Below are positions 25,875 through 40,577 of a DNA stretch of 64,000 nucleotides, piece by piece. Position numbers and translations under genes: made by a program. Source of the stretch: Octopus vulgaris (taxonomy: Eukaryota). The stretch covers positions 6,386,001-6,450,000 of the forward strand of contig OX597819.1 of the NCBI GenBank assembly GCA_951406725.2, read 5' to 3'. The notes beneath the pieces were generated by a model. It did no database searches. It saw only the letters and a program-made list of their open reading frames with translations, and was not told the DNA's origin. How positions within the stretch are numbered: the stretch's first letter is position 1; every line of letters begins with the position of its first letter.

Positions 25875-27970
25875 AATATTGCAAATGGTTTTAAATCAGA
25901 AATTTCAGTATATGTCGAGTGTAGCTGAATAATTGTTAGTTAAAATTATTTAAAAAGTTTGATGATATTCATAATTTGTATTCACCATTAGGACTATAAT
26001 AGTTATTGGACAACTATATCGAATAGAATTATTATCTGTTTTATTCTGAAGTATATTGATTGCTTTCTTCTTTATTTGCAATTATTTAACAATTCTTAAA
26101 TGGGAATAGATGGCGCTACTTTAATGTATTTCCCTTTTCCTTTTGATTAAGCGCAACACTTAATATTTAGGCTAACAATAAAACAGTAAGTGAAATATAA
26201 TAGTATAAACGAACAATTGAAACCATATCGCAGACCCAAGAGGAAGCTTATCTTTTCGGAATCGGTACTTGCAACACTCGCTATGCTAATTGAATAAATA
26301 AGCAAATAGCATTTAAATTTATTTAGTAATTAACAAAATTGAGTGTAAAAAAATAAAATAATTAATATTCCATTCTCTTAATGAAGAAGAAAAAACAAGA
26401 ATAAACAAAAGAAACGGATTTTGTTCGTTTAAATTTTGCAAGCAAATACGAAAAACGAAAAAAAATATGATTCCAATGAGAAAGTGTAAAATTATTATGA
26501 AAGAAGTGTATTAAATGAAAGATAATACCATCCAAATTAGCTTGAAATCTCCACAAATTTCACAACATGTAATTATCCTATAATTTCTAGTAATGATGAC
26601 GTCAAATTTTAATTAAAATATTAAATGATATCTTACGATGTAATATTGATTTCGTTGAAATTAAAACGTGCGTAGGAAAATTGTTTAAAGGATCAAATGG
26701 CATAATTGCGTTAGCTCAATATTTAAGGAGAGGGTTTTTGCAGGTCGGGAGAAATGCGTAATAACCGATAAGGTCTTTTTTCTTACACTCTAAGTGACTT
26801 TCTATGAAGGATATAGATATAGTTAAGTTTTTGGAAATCTCTTGTAATACTGGTGTCTGTTTTATTCATGATAGCGAATCCAAGAATGCTAAGATTAAAC
26901 ACTGTGGCTATTGTCCAGCTAACGCAATCGCTCAACTGAGGAAAACATTTCGATGGACCCTAAAACAAAAGATGCATTAAATAAGGAAAACGGACGGATA
27001 TTCTGCAATAAAATAGGTCATCAGTCAAGTTAACGTTACCAAAAGATACGCTCGATATGATAAAGATTTAATCCAATATGACTGTTCACATACCCTATAA
27101 CTATAACCAGCTCAATACAATTTACATAATGCCTTTATTACTGATATAATAGGAACCATAAAGCATATAGAGCAAATAATGTTACTGGAGTTCGATAAAT
27201 CTAGTGAAGATCTGTTTCGGCAGAAGACATCTATTAATTAAGGAGAAAATGTGAGTTCTTTCCTGAAAGACTATATCTAATATCTAAACATCAAAACTTA
27301 CCTTTACTTTTTACACTATTATTTGTATTGTATCAGCACATATCATCACTAGATTTATCGAACCCAATTATTTCTAGTTGCGTTATATAGGTTATTTTGT
27401 TTTATCTGCACAGTTGAAGTCCTTCCCAGACTGGCATGCATTCATAGAATCTTTGCTTTCAAATGATATTCTACTCATATATTTTCACACGTTATCGTCT
27501 CCAAATATCGTTCGATGTGAATCCAATCTAATCTTACGATACAAACTACAGTTGCAGCTTCTGCTTCTTAAAATGAGAAAGTCTTAACTTCTTGTACGAA
27601 ATATATTATTTGCTAATCATAGGGATCGCAGGCTTTGGTTTTTGCAAAGGGTAACGAATGAAAAATAAAGACACCTCTATACACGCCGCAAGTGCCTTGA
27701 ATGAAACCTTACCCAGAGAGCCTAATGCATACTTTATTGATACGCTGAATTAATGTAAAAGCCCAATGATTTTCCCACTTCCAATGGACATTACCATTTC
27801 AGAATGCTGATTATTGTTCTCCAATAGGTAAAATTATGATATATATTGAACAACGGACCTCTGCCTCACGCCTAAGTTTTGACCACAATCTTCATGCTGT
27901 ACATCTGCGCAATTATGGCGAATATGGGCTAAATAATTACAAAAAAAATTATTAAAAAATCATTTTGTAA

Positions 27971-28194
27971 TACTCTTTACTCTTTTACTTGTTTCAGTCA
28001 TTTCACTTTAGCAATGCTGGAGCACCGCCTTTAGTCGAGCAAATCGACCCCAGAACTTATTCTTTGTAAGCCTGGTACTTATTCTATCGATCTCTTTCGC
28101 CGAACTGCTAAGTTACGGGCTCGTAAACACACCAGCCTTGGTTGTCAAGCGATGTTGGGGGACGAACACAGACACACAAACATACACAAACAAA

Positions 28195-28290
<96 letters not shown>

Positions 28291-28387
28291 TACGACAGGC
28301 TTCTTTCAGTTTCCGTCTAGCAAATCCATTCACAAGGCTTTGGTCGGCCCGAGACTATAGTAGAAGACACTTGCCCAAGATGCCACG
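27971..28387 (-). mobile_element. SINE family B, head-truncated
   Basis: Matches family B body and tail. Confidence 0.88.
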
Positions 28388-29508
28388 AGAATTCATTTAA
28401 TAATTACATACAATTTAGATTTAGCCCATTTGTGAGTATTTACCTGTAATTTTTATTGCATAATGGAATAAATACAAAGCGGTTGTTTACACAGGTAGCT
28501 ACATGTTGTGTATTTCGTTTTATCTTTCGTAACAAGCTAAATTATGCACTGATGAAGACCAACGACTAGTTTAAGGATAAACTGCAGATATTAAAGAATA
28601 AATATCCGCAAAACAAGGATGACAGCACGCATTATTACTGTTATTAGCATCGATTTCCAATAAACTCTAATAGCAGATTTCCAAATTCTGTTTATCCGTT
28701 CTTTATCCTTTGTTATCATTTTTTTTCTCCTCTCTGAACACCAATCGGTAATTTTCTATTGAATGAATTCTTACTTTATGTTCTGTTTAATGGCAGGTAA
28801 AACAGTTTAGCGATAAATCGGCAGTTATAAAATTATTATTGACGTTTACAGAGTACTTTGCGCACTAGATGTGATTCCTCAAATTCTCTACACTTTAAAA
28901 GATCACTATTTGGAGGCTGGAGTTATGTTACCGTTTAACCAACTATGTAAAAAAAGTTTTAAGATATTCAACCACTTGCCTCATATTAGGACTACTGAAA
29001 AGGAAATGCCAATGTTGTAGCAGTTATTGTTATTTGTATATATTTCAAAGTAAGGTGGTATTAAATATTATAAACTCTAATTTCAGAATCAGGACTACTG
29101 AAACAACTGGATAAAGATAGATATCATATCACTTGAAGGGAGTTATATCACAGGAGCAATCATAAGACTTCGGTTTCGATTTGAAATTATTTTTATTTTA
29201 CCATCATGGTTATTTTCTGTCAGTTTTTTTTTCTTTCTTTTTGTTAATCTTTCACCAGTAAGATCTTCAGCAGCCGGACAGCGTTTTGGGCACAAACGAG
29301 GCTCTTTTCTTAAGAGATTTGCTTCAAAATTACGCCGTTTCAGACGTCGCCCTACAGTGTTGCACTTTCATGCATAATCTCAGATAATTTAATATACTGT
29401 ATGAGAAATTTGATTAATGGTAACTATGTACATGTGTATGTGCGAGAGAAAGAGAAAGAGAGAGAGAGAGAGAGAGTGTTGGTGCCTATATGTGTGTACG
29501 TGCTTGTC

Positions 29509-29562
<54 letters not shown>

Positions 29563-29842
29563 AGCGCGCGCGTGTGTGTGTGCTTGAGTTAATAATCTGC
29601 CAAAATTCGCCAAAACCAGTCATTTACAAAAGATCAGTTTTGGGACATTTGTTCTGAATCGAGGCGCATTAAAATTATTCTCGTCGTCTTAAATGCAGGG
29701 GAAAATATTTAGCATAACTTTCCTTCGTTCTGAAGGTGGATCTGTAAAATTTCAGCCTGACCTTAAGAGGATCCACCGTTACTCCGACGTATTTCTCTCT
29801 GTACCTCGTCCCGGTAGTGTTGGTCAATGTTACTTCTGCTTG

Positions 29843-30055
29843 GGGCGGCGAGCTAACAGAATAGTTGGCGCATCGGCTAAAACGCATAGCGGCATTTCGT
29901 CCGTCTTTACGCTCTGACTTCAAATGCCACAGAGGTCGGCTTTACATTTCAACCTTTCGAGCTCGATAAAATATGAAACACTTGAATACTGGGGTCGATG
30001 TAATCGACATACTCTCTCCCCTGAAATTGCTGCCCTTGTCGTGAAATTTGAATGC
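29843..30055 (+). mobile_element. SINE family A
   Basis: ggcggcgagctaacagaatagttggc..gaggtcggctttacatttcaacctttcgagctcgataaa..tactggggtcgatgtaatcgac. Confidence 0.8.
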
Positions 30056-33000
30056 AATATTACTTTTGCTTGATACACCACAGCTTAGGTGTTGCATTGA
30101 TCACTCACTGGGCACTTATTATAAGCTCTACATGAGTTTTCTGCATCTATCCTTGATTTAAGGGTACTAACTAAAATATTTTAAAACTAGGTGCTTAACT
30201 GAACGAGACACTTCTGTTATAACTATTGAATATTTTCCTATATCTATGATATTGCATAAAATATTTATCCATTAATTGGGACTTAAGGAAGGTCCTATTT
30301 CTGAAGGTTTTCCTATTAAGTGAGAAAAGAGTATAAAACAGATGACATTGTGGCGGGATCTTCTCTCTCTTGGGCAAATAATGCGGTCTTCAAGTTTACT
30401 ATCTGCCAAGGCATCGTGATGTTATGCACATTTCGTCGTGTTATGATGGCAAAGCTAGCGAACAAACTGCAGAACAACAGTTTGTTTACAATAAGTATGT
30501 CTTTTTAAAGAACTATTACACACCGTCATCTACGTCTGGTATAAATCGGTCTTCATTTCGAGATTTTCGGATTAGAATCTCCAATTTAAAATGTTACTCC
30601 AATAATCATTGAAGCAGTAAGCACAGTGGTTTAGTCTTTTCGAACAGATCTGCTATCAAAGACATTCCAACTACAGTCAACCCATATGTCATTGCAGACT
30701 TTCTTTATTTAGGACTAAATAACACATGGTGGCCTTTCCATTTTTAAGACTGTCAAGTGTGATTTGAGAGAGAATTAGCTGTTAATTCTAGAAGGTCGAT
30801 CGACCAAATAAAGATTACTTGGTTGGTTCGTTCAATAGGTGTTTCTTTTAAACAAATGTGTACTCGGCAAATATGCCACTTTATATACTTGTCTTTTAGA
30901 GAATATGTTATTTTTTAAACTTGTTATTTGCAATCACTTCATTATACTAACATTTAATTTTCCATGAAAAACTTTTCACAGGTTGCAAGACGTAATATTT
31001 TGTATCATATTTGTTTTCTTTTTGAAAACATCTAACTGAAAGTGTTTTGAAAACGTCAGCAACCTAATAATTGTATGATTCAATTTTTCTGTGATGTTAT
31101 TTTCATCACATTATCTGTCAACAGGAATAATTAACAGAACAGTCGCCTGAACTGATATATCTGAGTATAATATCCATCTAAAAAAAAAAAAGAAAAACAT
31201 TTGCACATCGTCACTTAGTCTAACAGAATTCAATTTACCCTATATACCTCTGACATTACTTTACATTATTTTGTAAATATATATATGACGCTTGTTTGTG
31301 TTTTTAAAATAAATGAAACTTTAGACAAGCCTCGAGTGCTAAAGAGAGACAATTTACATGTATTTCGTGTGTAAGATAAAATTCAGAGCTGTCAATTTTA
31401 ATTCAAGACAGGAAGTAGAACGAAGCGTCTGTTCTTAATACTTCCGGAAACTGTCATAATAATCAATAATAAAAACAAAATTTATAAAATTCTCTCCTGA
31501 CTGTTACGTTTCTGCAAAGTATTCATTGACTAAATTGTTAATAATATTGTTCGATCTTTATGTATTTCTTTTTCGGTTCTTTACTTCTATTAATAATTCC
31601 ATTTTAGTTTTATTCTTCATTCAATATTTATGTTTGTAAATTTCTCTATATATTTGATTTTGCCAACTGACTGAAACAGAATTAGAAAGCTTCATAGAAA
31701 TCCATGCTCATGAACATTGCGTTTTACGGTTAACATTTTCGCCACTGTACACGGCACGCAGATAAGCTACTTAGTAAATAAATTGCATTTTAAAAGATTA
31801 AGAATGCGAAACGGAAATCTGATTGAAAGTGTATGTACTATACATTTTCTGTGTGTTAATAGTAACATCCTAATCAAGAGTATGGGAGTGTATGTATGCA
31901 AACTACACTTTTATATAATAGTGTACACGCATACACACACGTGCGCAAACTCACGGGAAGAAACTGTTTCAGTCGGTTGCCTAAATCAAATATATATAGA
32001 AATTTACAAACATGCGAATATACATATACTTGTAAACAGCATATGTGTCTAATTAAATGAATGGTAATATTCGAGTGTTTGTATAATCCCACGTATATTT
32101 GTTACATATGTAATAATAGAAATCTTTCATAACTCTATTTGATTAAATGTTTTTTAATCATTTTACATGTTATTTAACATATAAATCAAAATGTAATAAT
32201 GAACGCATATTTTTATCTGACGCAGGAATAAAGTAACAAGTATATTAATAAAGAAGTTTAAATTAATTCAATATTAAGCACATGCCACCTCAAACATGGG
32301 GAAACGTTTACTTTATGAAAGAGGATATAAAAGAGAAAGAAAATTCGAATTTATGTTTCTTCCAAGAATATATTTGAGCATTTTCCTGTTTTTCTATTAA
32401 GAAACAGATGTTTCTGAAGCGATCTGCTCTCACGCCACATTTTCACAGGTAAAACTAAATATAGAAATAAGTGTATTGTAAGTTTGACTTTGCTTCTTTG
32501 TATGAAAAGATAAGGGTTTCTTTAAAACTGAAATAAAATAGTCTCCGAATGATCGGTGATATTTGGTATTAGCTTTTTTCCCCATAAATACATCGAAAAA
32601 TATATCCACGATTCATTTAGTGTGGCTGTATTTAAGTATATATTTGGGATTATGGACGACAGAAACAGCATTCAGTTCAGAGCATTTATTGATTTGGATT
32701 CAGGTGATTTATTCTGTAGCTACATAGAATTTTCTTGCTGTCGTTACGGCGACAAAACCATGAATGTGTCTACGCATGCATACGTCGTTTTTAACAGTGC
32801 AACTTGGAGTGAATAAAGCAATAAACAATAACGTGTAACCGTGTAAATATTGGATTTGAAATACTTTAGCTGGAAAGAGGCGAAGTCTGTCCGTTAGACG
32901 CGAACCCAAATCTTCTGTAAGTTCGACTATTGTGCAAAAAGAAACCGTTCGAATTCCCCTTTGTTGTTGCCAGCGGGTAATCTATGTTGTTTAATTCATA

Positions 33001-33073
33001 AGAACTTAGAAACTTCAAGAGATAAGATGAATCGTTTTGAACGGTGGAATTCGAAGTAGAAAACTATAATTAA

Positions 33074-33469
33074 TCTATATATATAAAAGTGAAGTTGTGT
33101 GAGTGTCTGTCTCCTACGATTTAGATTCCTAACTACTCCCACATTTTGCGATGCAGTTTAAACAAAACCGGGTATCTTATAGTCGTGATTCATATCGAGC
33201 CCTTCTGGGTATTAGCGCGCGTCTACGATGAGTATAAGATTTTAAAAATAATTTACCATAATTTTTTTCCATTTTAAAGCATATTTTTTAAATAAAGGGA
33301 AGTAACTCTTTAAAATGTCTACGATGAGTCAACGATTTTAAAAAAAAATTACCATAATTTCTTTTCCATTTTTAATGCATATTTTGCTGTTTTTTTGGCT
33401 ATAACTCTCTAAAAATGCTTTATAGTTATTTCCCTTACAAACCCGAGTAACGCCGGGCGATACTGCTAG
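33074..33469 (+). mobile_element. Non-autonomous Helitron
   Basis: A|TC 5' end, subterminal hairpin cccgagtaacgccggg, CTAG|T 3' end, no TSD; internal duplication starting at 33221 and ~33317. Confidence 0.85.
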
Positions 33470-33731
33470 TACTGTATAAATATTGGGTTAAAAAATTCCT
33501 TAGACGGAAGCAGATCTCACATCCATTCTCTGGTGTCTAGGAATCTGTCTGTCTCTTCCTTAATTTCATACCAATTTAAGAGAATTTTGGTTTCTTCAAA
33601 TTATCACTTTTTTTCGTGTGAAATTTGTTGCAATTATCACAGAGCACTTACTTACACATCTTCCAAAAGGAAAATAATTTCAATGTATCAGGAATTGATC
33701 GTATTTCGTTGTATTTGATATACCTTTATGC

Positions 33732-34115
33732 TGTGGAGGCGCAATGGCCCAGTGATAAGGCAGCGGACTCGCGGTTGTAGGATCGCGGTTTCGATTCCCA
33801 GACCGGGCGTTGTGAGTGTTTATTGAGCGAAAACACCTAAAAGCTCCACGAGGCTCCGGCAGGGGATGGTGGTGATCCCTGCTGTACTCTTTCACCACAA
33901 CTTTCTCTCACTCTTACTTCCTGTTTCTGTTGTACCTGTATTTCAAAGGGCCGGCCTTGTCACTCTCTGTGTCACGCTGAATATCCCCGAGAACTACGTT
34001 AAGGGTACACGTGTCTGTGGAGTGCTCAGCCACTTACACGTTAATTCCACGAGCAGGTTGTTCCGTTGATCGGATCAACCGGAACCCTCGTCGTCGGAAC
34101 CGACAGAGTGCTTCC
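33732..34115 (+). mobile_element. SINE family C with 12-bp TSD
   Basis: TSD atacctttatgc at 33720-33731 and 34116-34127. Confidence 0.93.
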
Positions 34116-34352
34116 ATACCTTTATGCATCACTGTTGTCTGTACCCATGCCACAGGCTTTTCTGAATCACTTCTCTTAATTAATTTTCGTTTAACTTCAG
34201 TAAATTATGTTAGGACTGCAATGATTTCTACGTTTTCGGAAAGTGTCTCGGTATCTCACTTGCTGGGGTTAATATGGGACGACTCCTATGATGTGAACAT
34301 TTATTAAGGAGAGACACCTACCAATACTGCTCTGTTTTCTCAAAAAAAGCCA

Positions 34353-34740
34353 AGAGTAGGAGTGACTGTGTGGTAAGTAGCTTGCTTACCAACCACATGG
34401 TCCCGGGTTCAGTCCCACTGCGTGGCACCTTGGGCAAGTGTCTTCTGCTATAGCCTCGGGCCGACCAAAGCCTTGTGAGTGGATTTGGTAGACGGAAACT
34501 GAAAGAAGCCTGTCGTATATATATGTATATATATATATGCGTGTGTGCTTGTGTGTCTGTGTTTGTTCCCCCAACATCGCTTGACAACTGATGCTGGTGT
34601 GTTTACGTCCCCGTAACCTAGCGGTTCGGCAAAAGAGACCGATAGAATAATTACTAGGCTTCCAAAGAATAGGTCCTAAAAAGGCGGTGCTCCAGCATGG
34701 CCGCAGTTAAATGACTGAAACAAGTAAAAGAGTAAAAGAG
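34353..34740 (+). mobile_element. SINE family B
   Basis: Head, core and tail match family B. Confidence 0.9.
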
Positions 34741-35348
34741 AGAGAGTTGTTTTTGACTGGCATACAATTTTTGGAGATGATTGCCCGGCTCAAAAGAAAA
34801 ATAATTTCAAGAACGCAATAAAACAAAGATTAGTCACTTATCAGACTGGATATACCTCTGTTCACCTTTATATGTATAAAGATATATATGTGCGTGAGTG
34901 CATGGGGAGAGAGAGAGAGGTGGGGGAGAGAGAGAGAGAAAGTGAGAGAGAGAGAAAGTGAGAGAGAGGGAAAGTGAGAGAGAGGGAAAGTGAGAGAGAG
35001 GGAAAGTGTGAGAGAGAGAGAAAGTGAGAGAGAGAGAGAAACATAGAGGCAGACAGAACGAGACGAAGAGACAGACAGAGACAAATTTGAAAAAGAGATC
35101 GAGAAGAAATAGCCGTAGCATTTATTGTCAGCTTGTTTTTCTTAGTTGAACTCCTACCGAGATCAAAATCGCCTTCCATCCTTCTGGGTTCGATAAATAA
35201 ATTGTAGACCTAATCAATATCAATGTTTCATATCAAAACCTCAGTTTGTGTCCCTTTCAACAGAGTTTGCTCTACTGCAAACATCCACCCCAATTCGCCG
35301 ATTAGAAGATCTGTTCCTCCCTTTTTGCTTATTACTTATCTTGAACGC

Positions 35349-35732
35349 GTGGAGGCGCAATGGCCCAGTGGTTAGGGCAGCGGACTCGCGGTCATAAGAT
35401 CGCGGTTTCGATTCCCAGACCGGGCGTTGTGAGTGTTTATTGAGAGAAAACACCTAAAGCTCCACGAGGCTCCGGCAGGGGATGTTGGTGATCCCTGCTG
35501 CACTCTTTCACCACAACCTTCTCTCACTCTTACTTCCTGTTTCTGTTGTACCTGTATTTCAAAGGGCCGGCCTTGTCACTCTCTGTGTCACGCTGAATAT
35601 CCCCGAGAACTACGTTAAGGGTACACGTGTCTGTGGAGTGCTCAGCCACTTACACGTTAATTTCACGAGTAGACTGTTCCGTTGATTCGAATCAACCGGA
35701 ACCCTCGTCATCGTAACCGACGGTGTGCTTCC
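35349..35732 (+). mobile_element. SINE family C with 11-bp TSD
   Basis: TSD atcttgaacgc at 35338-35348 and 35733-35743. Confidence 0.93.
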
Positions 35733-35862
35733 ATCTTGAACGCACTAGAAATTATACACAACCATCACTCTTTTTCTTCCTCCTGACTATGTGATGAATA
35801 AAAAATGTGTGAGCATTGTTAGTTGTTTTATAATTTTTAATCTATATCGAAATACATGCTTA

Positions 35863-36261
35863 TTTACTCTTTACTCTCTTTTACTCTTTTACTTGTTTCA
35901 GTCATTTTACTGCGGCCATGCAAATCGACCCCAGGACTTATTCGTTGTAAGCCCAGTACTTATTCTATCGGTCTCTTTTGCCGAACCGCTAAGTGACGGG
36001 GACGTAAACACACCAGCATCGGTTGTCAAGCAATGCTAGGGAGACAAACACAGGCACACAAACACAGACACACAGATACACATATATATATACATATATA
36101 CGACAAGCTTCTTTCAGTTTCCGTCTACCAAATCCACTCACAAGGCATTGGTCGGCCCGAGGCTATAGCAGAAGACACTTGCCCAAGATGCCACGCAGTG
36201 GGACTGAACCCGGAACCATGTGGTTGGTTAGCAAGCTACTTACCACACAGCCACTCCTGCG
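35863..36261 (-). mobile_element. SINE family B (small deletion in tail)
   Basis: Matches family B. Confidence 0.9.
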
Positions 36262-36305
36262 CTTTATATTGATTTCAAATATTGACACAAGCCTAGCAAT
36301 TTCAC

Positions 36306-36415
36306 AACCCCAGTACTCGACTGCAGCCTCGGCAGAATTTGAAGTCGGAACGTAAGGACGGACGAAATACCGCTAAGCATTTTGACCGGCGTGCTAACGG
36401 TTCTCCAAGCTCCCC
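36306..36415 (-). mobile_element. SINE family A fragment
   Basis: ctcggcagaatttgaa..gacgaaataccgctaagcatttt..cggcgtgctaacg. Confidence 0.7.
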
Positions 36416-36582
36416 ACCTTTCCGTATGTATATATATTACCTACACTTCTTATCTTCTCCATCTTGTATGTGATTTCACATTACTACAACTACAACTATT
36501 ACAACAGCAACAACTGGTGCTGCCGCTGCTGCTACTACTACTACTACTAGTACTACTACTACTACTACTACTACTACTAATG

Positions 36583-36655
<73 letters not shown>

Positions 36656-36656
<1 letters not shown>

Positions 36657-37326
36657 TCTCTGGATGTAAAGTCTTAGCACCAGTGGAGTATAAATTAAAA
36701 CATGACAGAGTTGGCCAATATCTACAAAATATCGGCATTATAATATCAAAACTGCCGACTAGTGGTATAATCACCACCCTGAAGCTGTAACTGAAGGAGA
36801 AAATGTAACGATTCTGTGGGACTTTCCAGTACATACAGACCGAACCATCAAGGCCAATAAACCAGATATTGTTGTGAAAGACCAAAACAATAAAGTTTGC
36901 TTATTGATCGACATGAGCATCCCCTGTGATCATAATATCTCAGCGAAAGAGTTTGACAAGCTCAGAAAATATAAAGACCTACTCATTGAAATTGAGAAAA
37001 TGTGGCATCTCAAGGCGGTTACAATACCAGTGATCGTAGGAGCACTAGGAATGATCAAGAAGGGAACCGAAAATTATATGAGAATGATCCCTGGCTTACC
37101 ATCCCTGCAAGAAGTGCAAAAGATTGTCTTAACTGGTACATCACACGTATTGTCGATGTGAGAACTGTTGCTGCTCATGTATTTTAATTTAACTTAAAAA
37201 ATAAAAAAAAATGAACGAACTATTGAGTTTGGTTTAATGGCCTACCAATGTATACTATGAGTTTCTTTGCCCTAGGAGTCGGGAAGACACTCGGCAAGAA
37301 ATGGAAGCAAATTTGAAAGAAAAAAA
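36656..37326 (+). mobile_element. R4/Dong-clade non-LTR retrotransposon 3' fragment inserted in (TAA)n
   Basis: SGC..LAP.EY..KHDRV zinc-knuckle end, ILWDFPVHTDRTIKANKPDIVV, KLRKYKDL..EIEKMW, IPVIVGALG (REL endonuclease); (TAA)n on both sides. Confidence 0.88.
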
Positions 37327-37446
37327 ATAATAATAATAATAATGATACTTCCGATGTCATTGACGATCTACAACGCCACATTCTCACCCTTTCTATTCCT
37401 TCTTAACACCTCGTTAGTGATAATTTTTATCATAATCACCATAAAA

Positions 37447-37454
37447 GATGATGA

Positions 37455-37486
<32 letters not shown>

Positions 37487-37501
37487 ATGATGATGATGAT
37501 G

Positions 37502-37574
<73 letters not shown>

Positions 37575-37645
37575 CCATCATCACCATCATCATCACCATC
37601 ATCATCACCATCATCATCATCATCATCGTCATCATCGCTATCATC
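37447..37645. repeat. (GAT)n followed directly by (CAT)n trinucleotide repeats
   Basis: Direct inspection. Confidence 0.95.
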
Positions 37646-38939
37646 ATTTATACGAAGTAAACAAAAAACAAATATCGTTAAAAGCAACATTTATTTCTTA
37701 GATGCGGATTTATATTTCAAAGTTGGTTAATTGTTATGGTTTCAGTTACTGAAACCATCAGGAATCCTACAAAATCTCCTCTAATCGGTAATTTACTAAA
37801 CCGTTATTCATCTCACATATACAGATTATCTCTTATCTTACCAACAGTTGAATGCAATATTTCAACTATAATTTATCAAATTTTTCATTAAATTGTCTTA
37901 ACTTTCTTGGCATTACTCTGACGTTCATACATTTCTTCGAGATGTTTCATACTTATCACTTCCAAGATATTTCTTTATATCCAAGAAGGAGGGAAACATT
38001 TGTATCATAAGGAATGATAGTTAAATTGAAAGTATGAAACAGCATTTACGTATTTACGTTTCATAAAAGCGCCACAGTCGAATCCAAAGAGTCAGTCTTC
38101 GTAGTACCAGCAATAATACTTATTAATTAAAACCAATATGTTCATTATTTACATTTGACATATATTTGTCCTCATCTTGTTTGTTGTTAACCTGGGTTCT
38201 CATTCCTAAGGTATTTTTGGATGGGCGATTAGCTCAGCGGTTATAACATAATATGTTATAAGATAAGGAGCAGAAATAAGATAATTAAGGCAAATACAGG
38301 CGTACAAATGCTACGGAATTAATGTGTTAATCATAGAAAACACACATCAATAACAGAAAGGTTACGGAAGTAATATTAAGTACGAATTATATTAAACTTA
38401 AAAGGGAGGTAAATGCATCGGATGAATTAGAAATCAATTATCTTACACATTCCAATAATAAGTTTCCAATCTGAATTGGGAGCTAAGTGAATTTGTCAGG
38501 GGAATAATTACTGTGTCTAGAATACGGCGCCCATTGGCTGACACAGAAACATTGTATTGGAGGTCTTCAGCAACCAGGAAGCTGTAGGAGGAAGGAGGGA
38601 ACGAAAAGTGAGTGCTATCTGGAATCCACTATCCAGTTCATTAAGTAATGAGTTCAAATCCAGCTAAGATCAACTTATCCTTTCGTCCTTACAAGGTCGA
38701 TAAAATTCCTACTCTCGCTTTCTTCCTCCACTCTCTTCTTTCAATCTCTCTCTCTCTTCTTCCTCTCCTTCCCTTCTTCTCTCTTCTTCCTCTCTCTCTT
38801 CTTCCATTCTCTCTCTCCTTCTCTCTCTCTCTTCTTCCATTCTCTCTCTCCTTCTCTCTCGCTCTTCTTCCATTCTCTCTCTCCTTCTCTCTCTCTCTTC
38901 TATTCCACTCGCTATTATTGTAACCTTTGAGAATACCCA

Positions 38940-39168
38940 TTTCTTTATTACCCACAAGGGGCTAAACACAGAGGGGACAAACAAGGACAGACATAGGTAT
39001 TAAGTCGATTACATCGACCCCAGTGCGTAACTGGTACTTAATTTATCGACCCCGAAAGGATGAAAGGCAAAGTCGACCTCGGCGGAATTTGAACTCACAA
39101 CGTAACGCAGACGAAATACCGCTAAGCATTTCGCCCGGCGTGCTAACGTTTCTGCCAGCTCGCCGCCT
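38940..39168 (-). mobile_element. SINE family A, young copy
   Basis: Near-identical reverse complement of 41575-41810. Confidence 0.9.
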
Positions 39169-39404
39169 TAAAGAATACATTTGTGAATACCAGCTGGTCC
39201 CAAACCGTGATTTTTTCATAAAACTCGCTTGCTATAGAAACCATTCAAAGAAAGTTTTATAGCCCAGGAGGGAGACACGGTGGGTGAGATTGGTTCTATA
39301 TGCAGCAATGGCATTGACAGAGAATTATAGCAATATATATAAAGCTGTAAATAATGTTCTATTCGCACTGGCCTGAGACTTTTGATGGGAAGAAGCTAGT
39401 CAAT

Positions 39405-39535
39405 GACAGCGACCCCAGAGCTCAAATGTTACTTATTTCATTGACCTCTAAGGAAGAAAGGCAAAGTCGACCTCAGCGGAATTTGGACTCAGAACGTGAA
39501 AACACAATGCATTTTGTCCGGCGTGTTAACGCTTC
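39405..39535 (-). mobile_element. Diverged SINE family A fragment
   Basis: gaaaggcaaagtcgacctcagcggaatttggactcagaacgt. Confidence 0.7.
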
Positions 39536-39792
39536 TAAATAATAAGTGGGAAGTAATGCTATTTGCTACAAAACAAGAAACGAACGTCTGCTTTCTGCGA
39601 GCAAATATAAAACAGAATCCGAGTCAAATCCGCTACATGGACGATACGAAACCTACTCAAGATATTTCAGGAAAAACAATCAAGATATAAATTGAAAATG
39701 TTCTGGTAAGACGTGAGTACAGAAAGTCCTTAACATGTCAGTAAAAAAAAAAAGAAAGAAAGAAGAAAAAAAGCAGTAATCGATAATGATTA

Positions 39793-39880
39793 TTGCCGAA
39801 CTGGCTGAGAAGAGCAGCTGTCAAAGTTGAGTCGGAAGATTTCCTGACGACGGCACAAAACCAAAGATTTCTTGCTAGAA
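39793..39880 (+). pseudogene. Degenerate R4/Dong-type LINE fragment
   Basis: WLRRAAVKVESEDFLTTAQNQ resembles the WL...LK.ETEGF..AAQDQ motif. Confidence 0.45.
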
Positions 39881-40156
39881 CTCAAGAAACAATTTATAAC
39901 AAGACAGAATATAAGATTCAACTTAATGGAGAAATGTTTATGCCTATATATTTACAAATATATGTTGCATACATTAATGGAAAAGAAATTTTGAAAATAC
40001 AAAATTATGGGAAATACACAACGAATACCTAATCTAAGATCAACATCAAAACATACGTTGTGCATTTTAAAATGATTTAGTTTAGCATAAATTGAAAAGA
40101 GGGTCACAAAATTATACTAGCTCCTTACAAATATTAACTCTAAATGTTTAACATAT

Positions 40157-40577
40157 ACTCTTTTACTCTTTTACTTCTTTCAGTCATTTGACTGCGGCCA
40201 TGCTGGAGCACCGCCTTTAGTCGAGCAAATCGACCCCGGGACTTATTCTTTGTAAGCCCAGTACTTATTCTATCGGTCTCTTTTTTGCCGAACCGCTAAA
40301 TGACGGGGACGTAAGCATACCAGATCGGTTGTCAAGCAATGCTAGGGAGGACAAACACAGACACACACACACACATACACACACACATATATATATATAA
40401 ATATACATATATGCGGCAGGCTTCTTTCAGTTTCCGTCTACCAAATCCACTCACAAGGCATTGGTCGGCCCGGGGCTATAGCAGAAGACACTCGCCCACG
40501 ATGCCACGCAGTGGGACTGAACCTGGAACTATGTGGTTGGTTAGCAAGCTACTTACCACACAGCCACTCTTGCGCCT
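40157..40577 (-). mobile_element. SINE family B
   Basis: Full match to family B. Confidence 0.9.

Noticed and set aside
28545-28590. CTGATGA hammerhead core
   Set aside because: There is no downstream stem II-GAAA.
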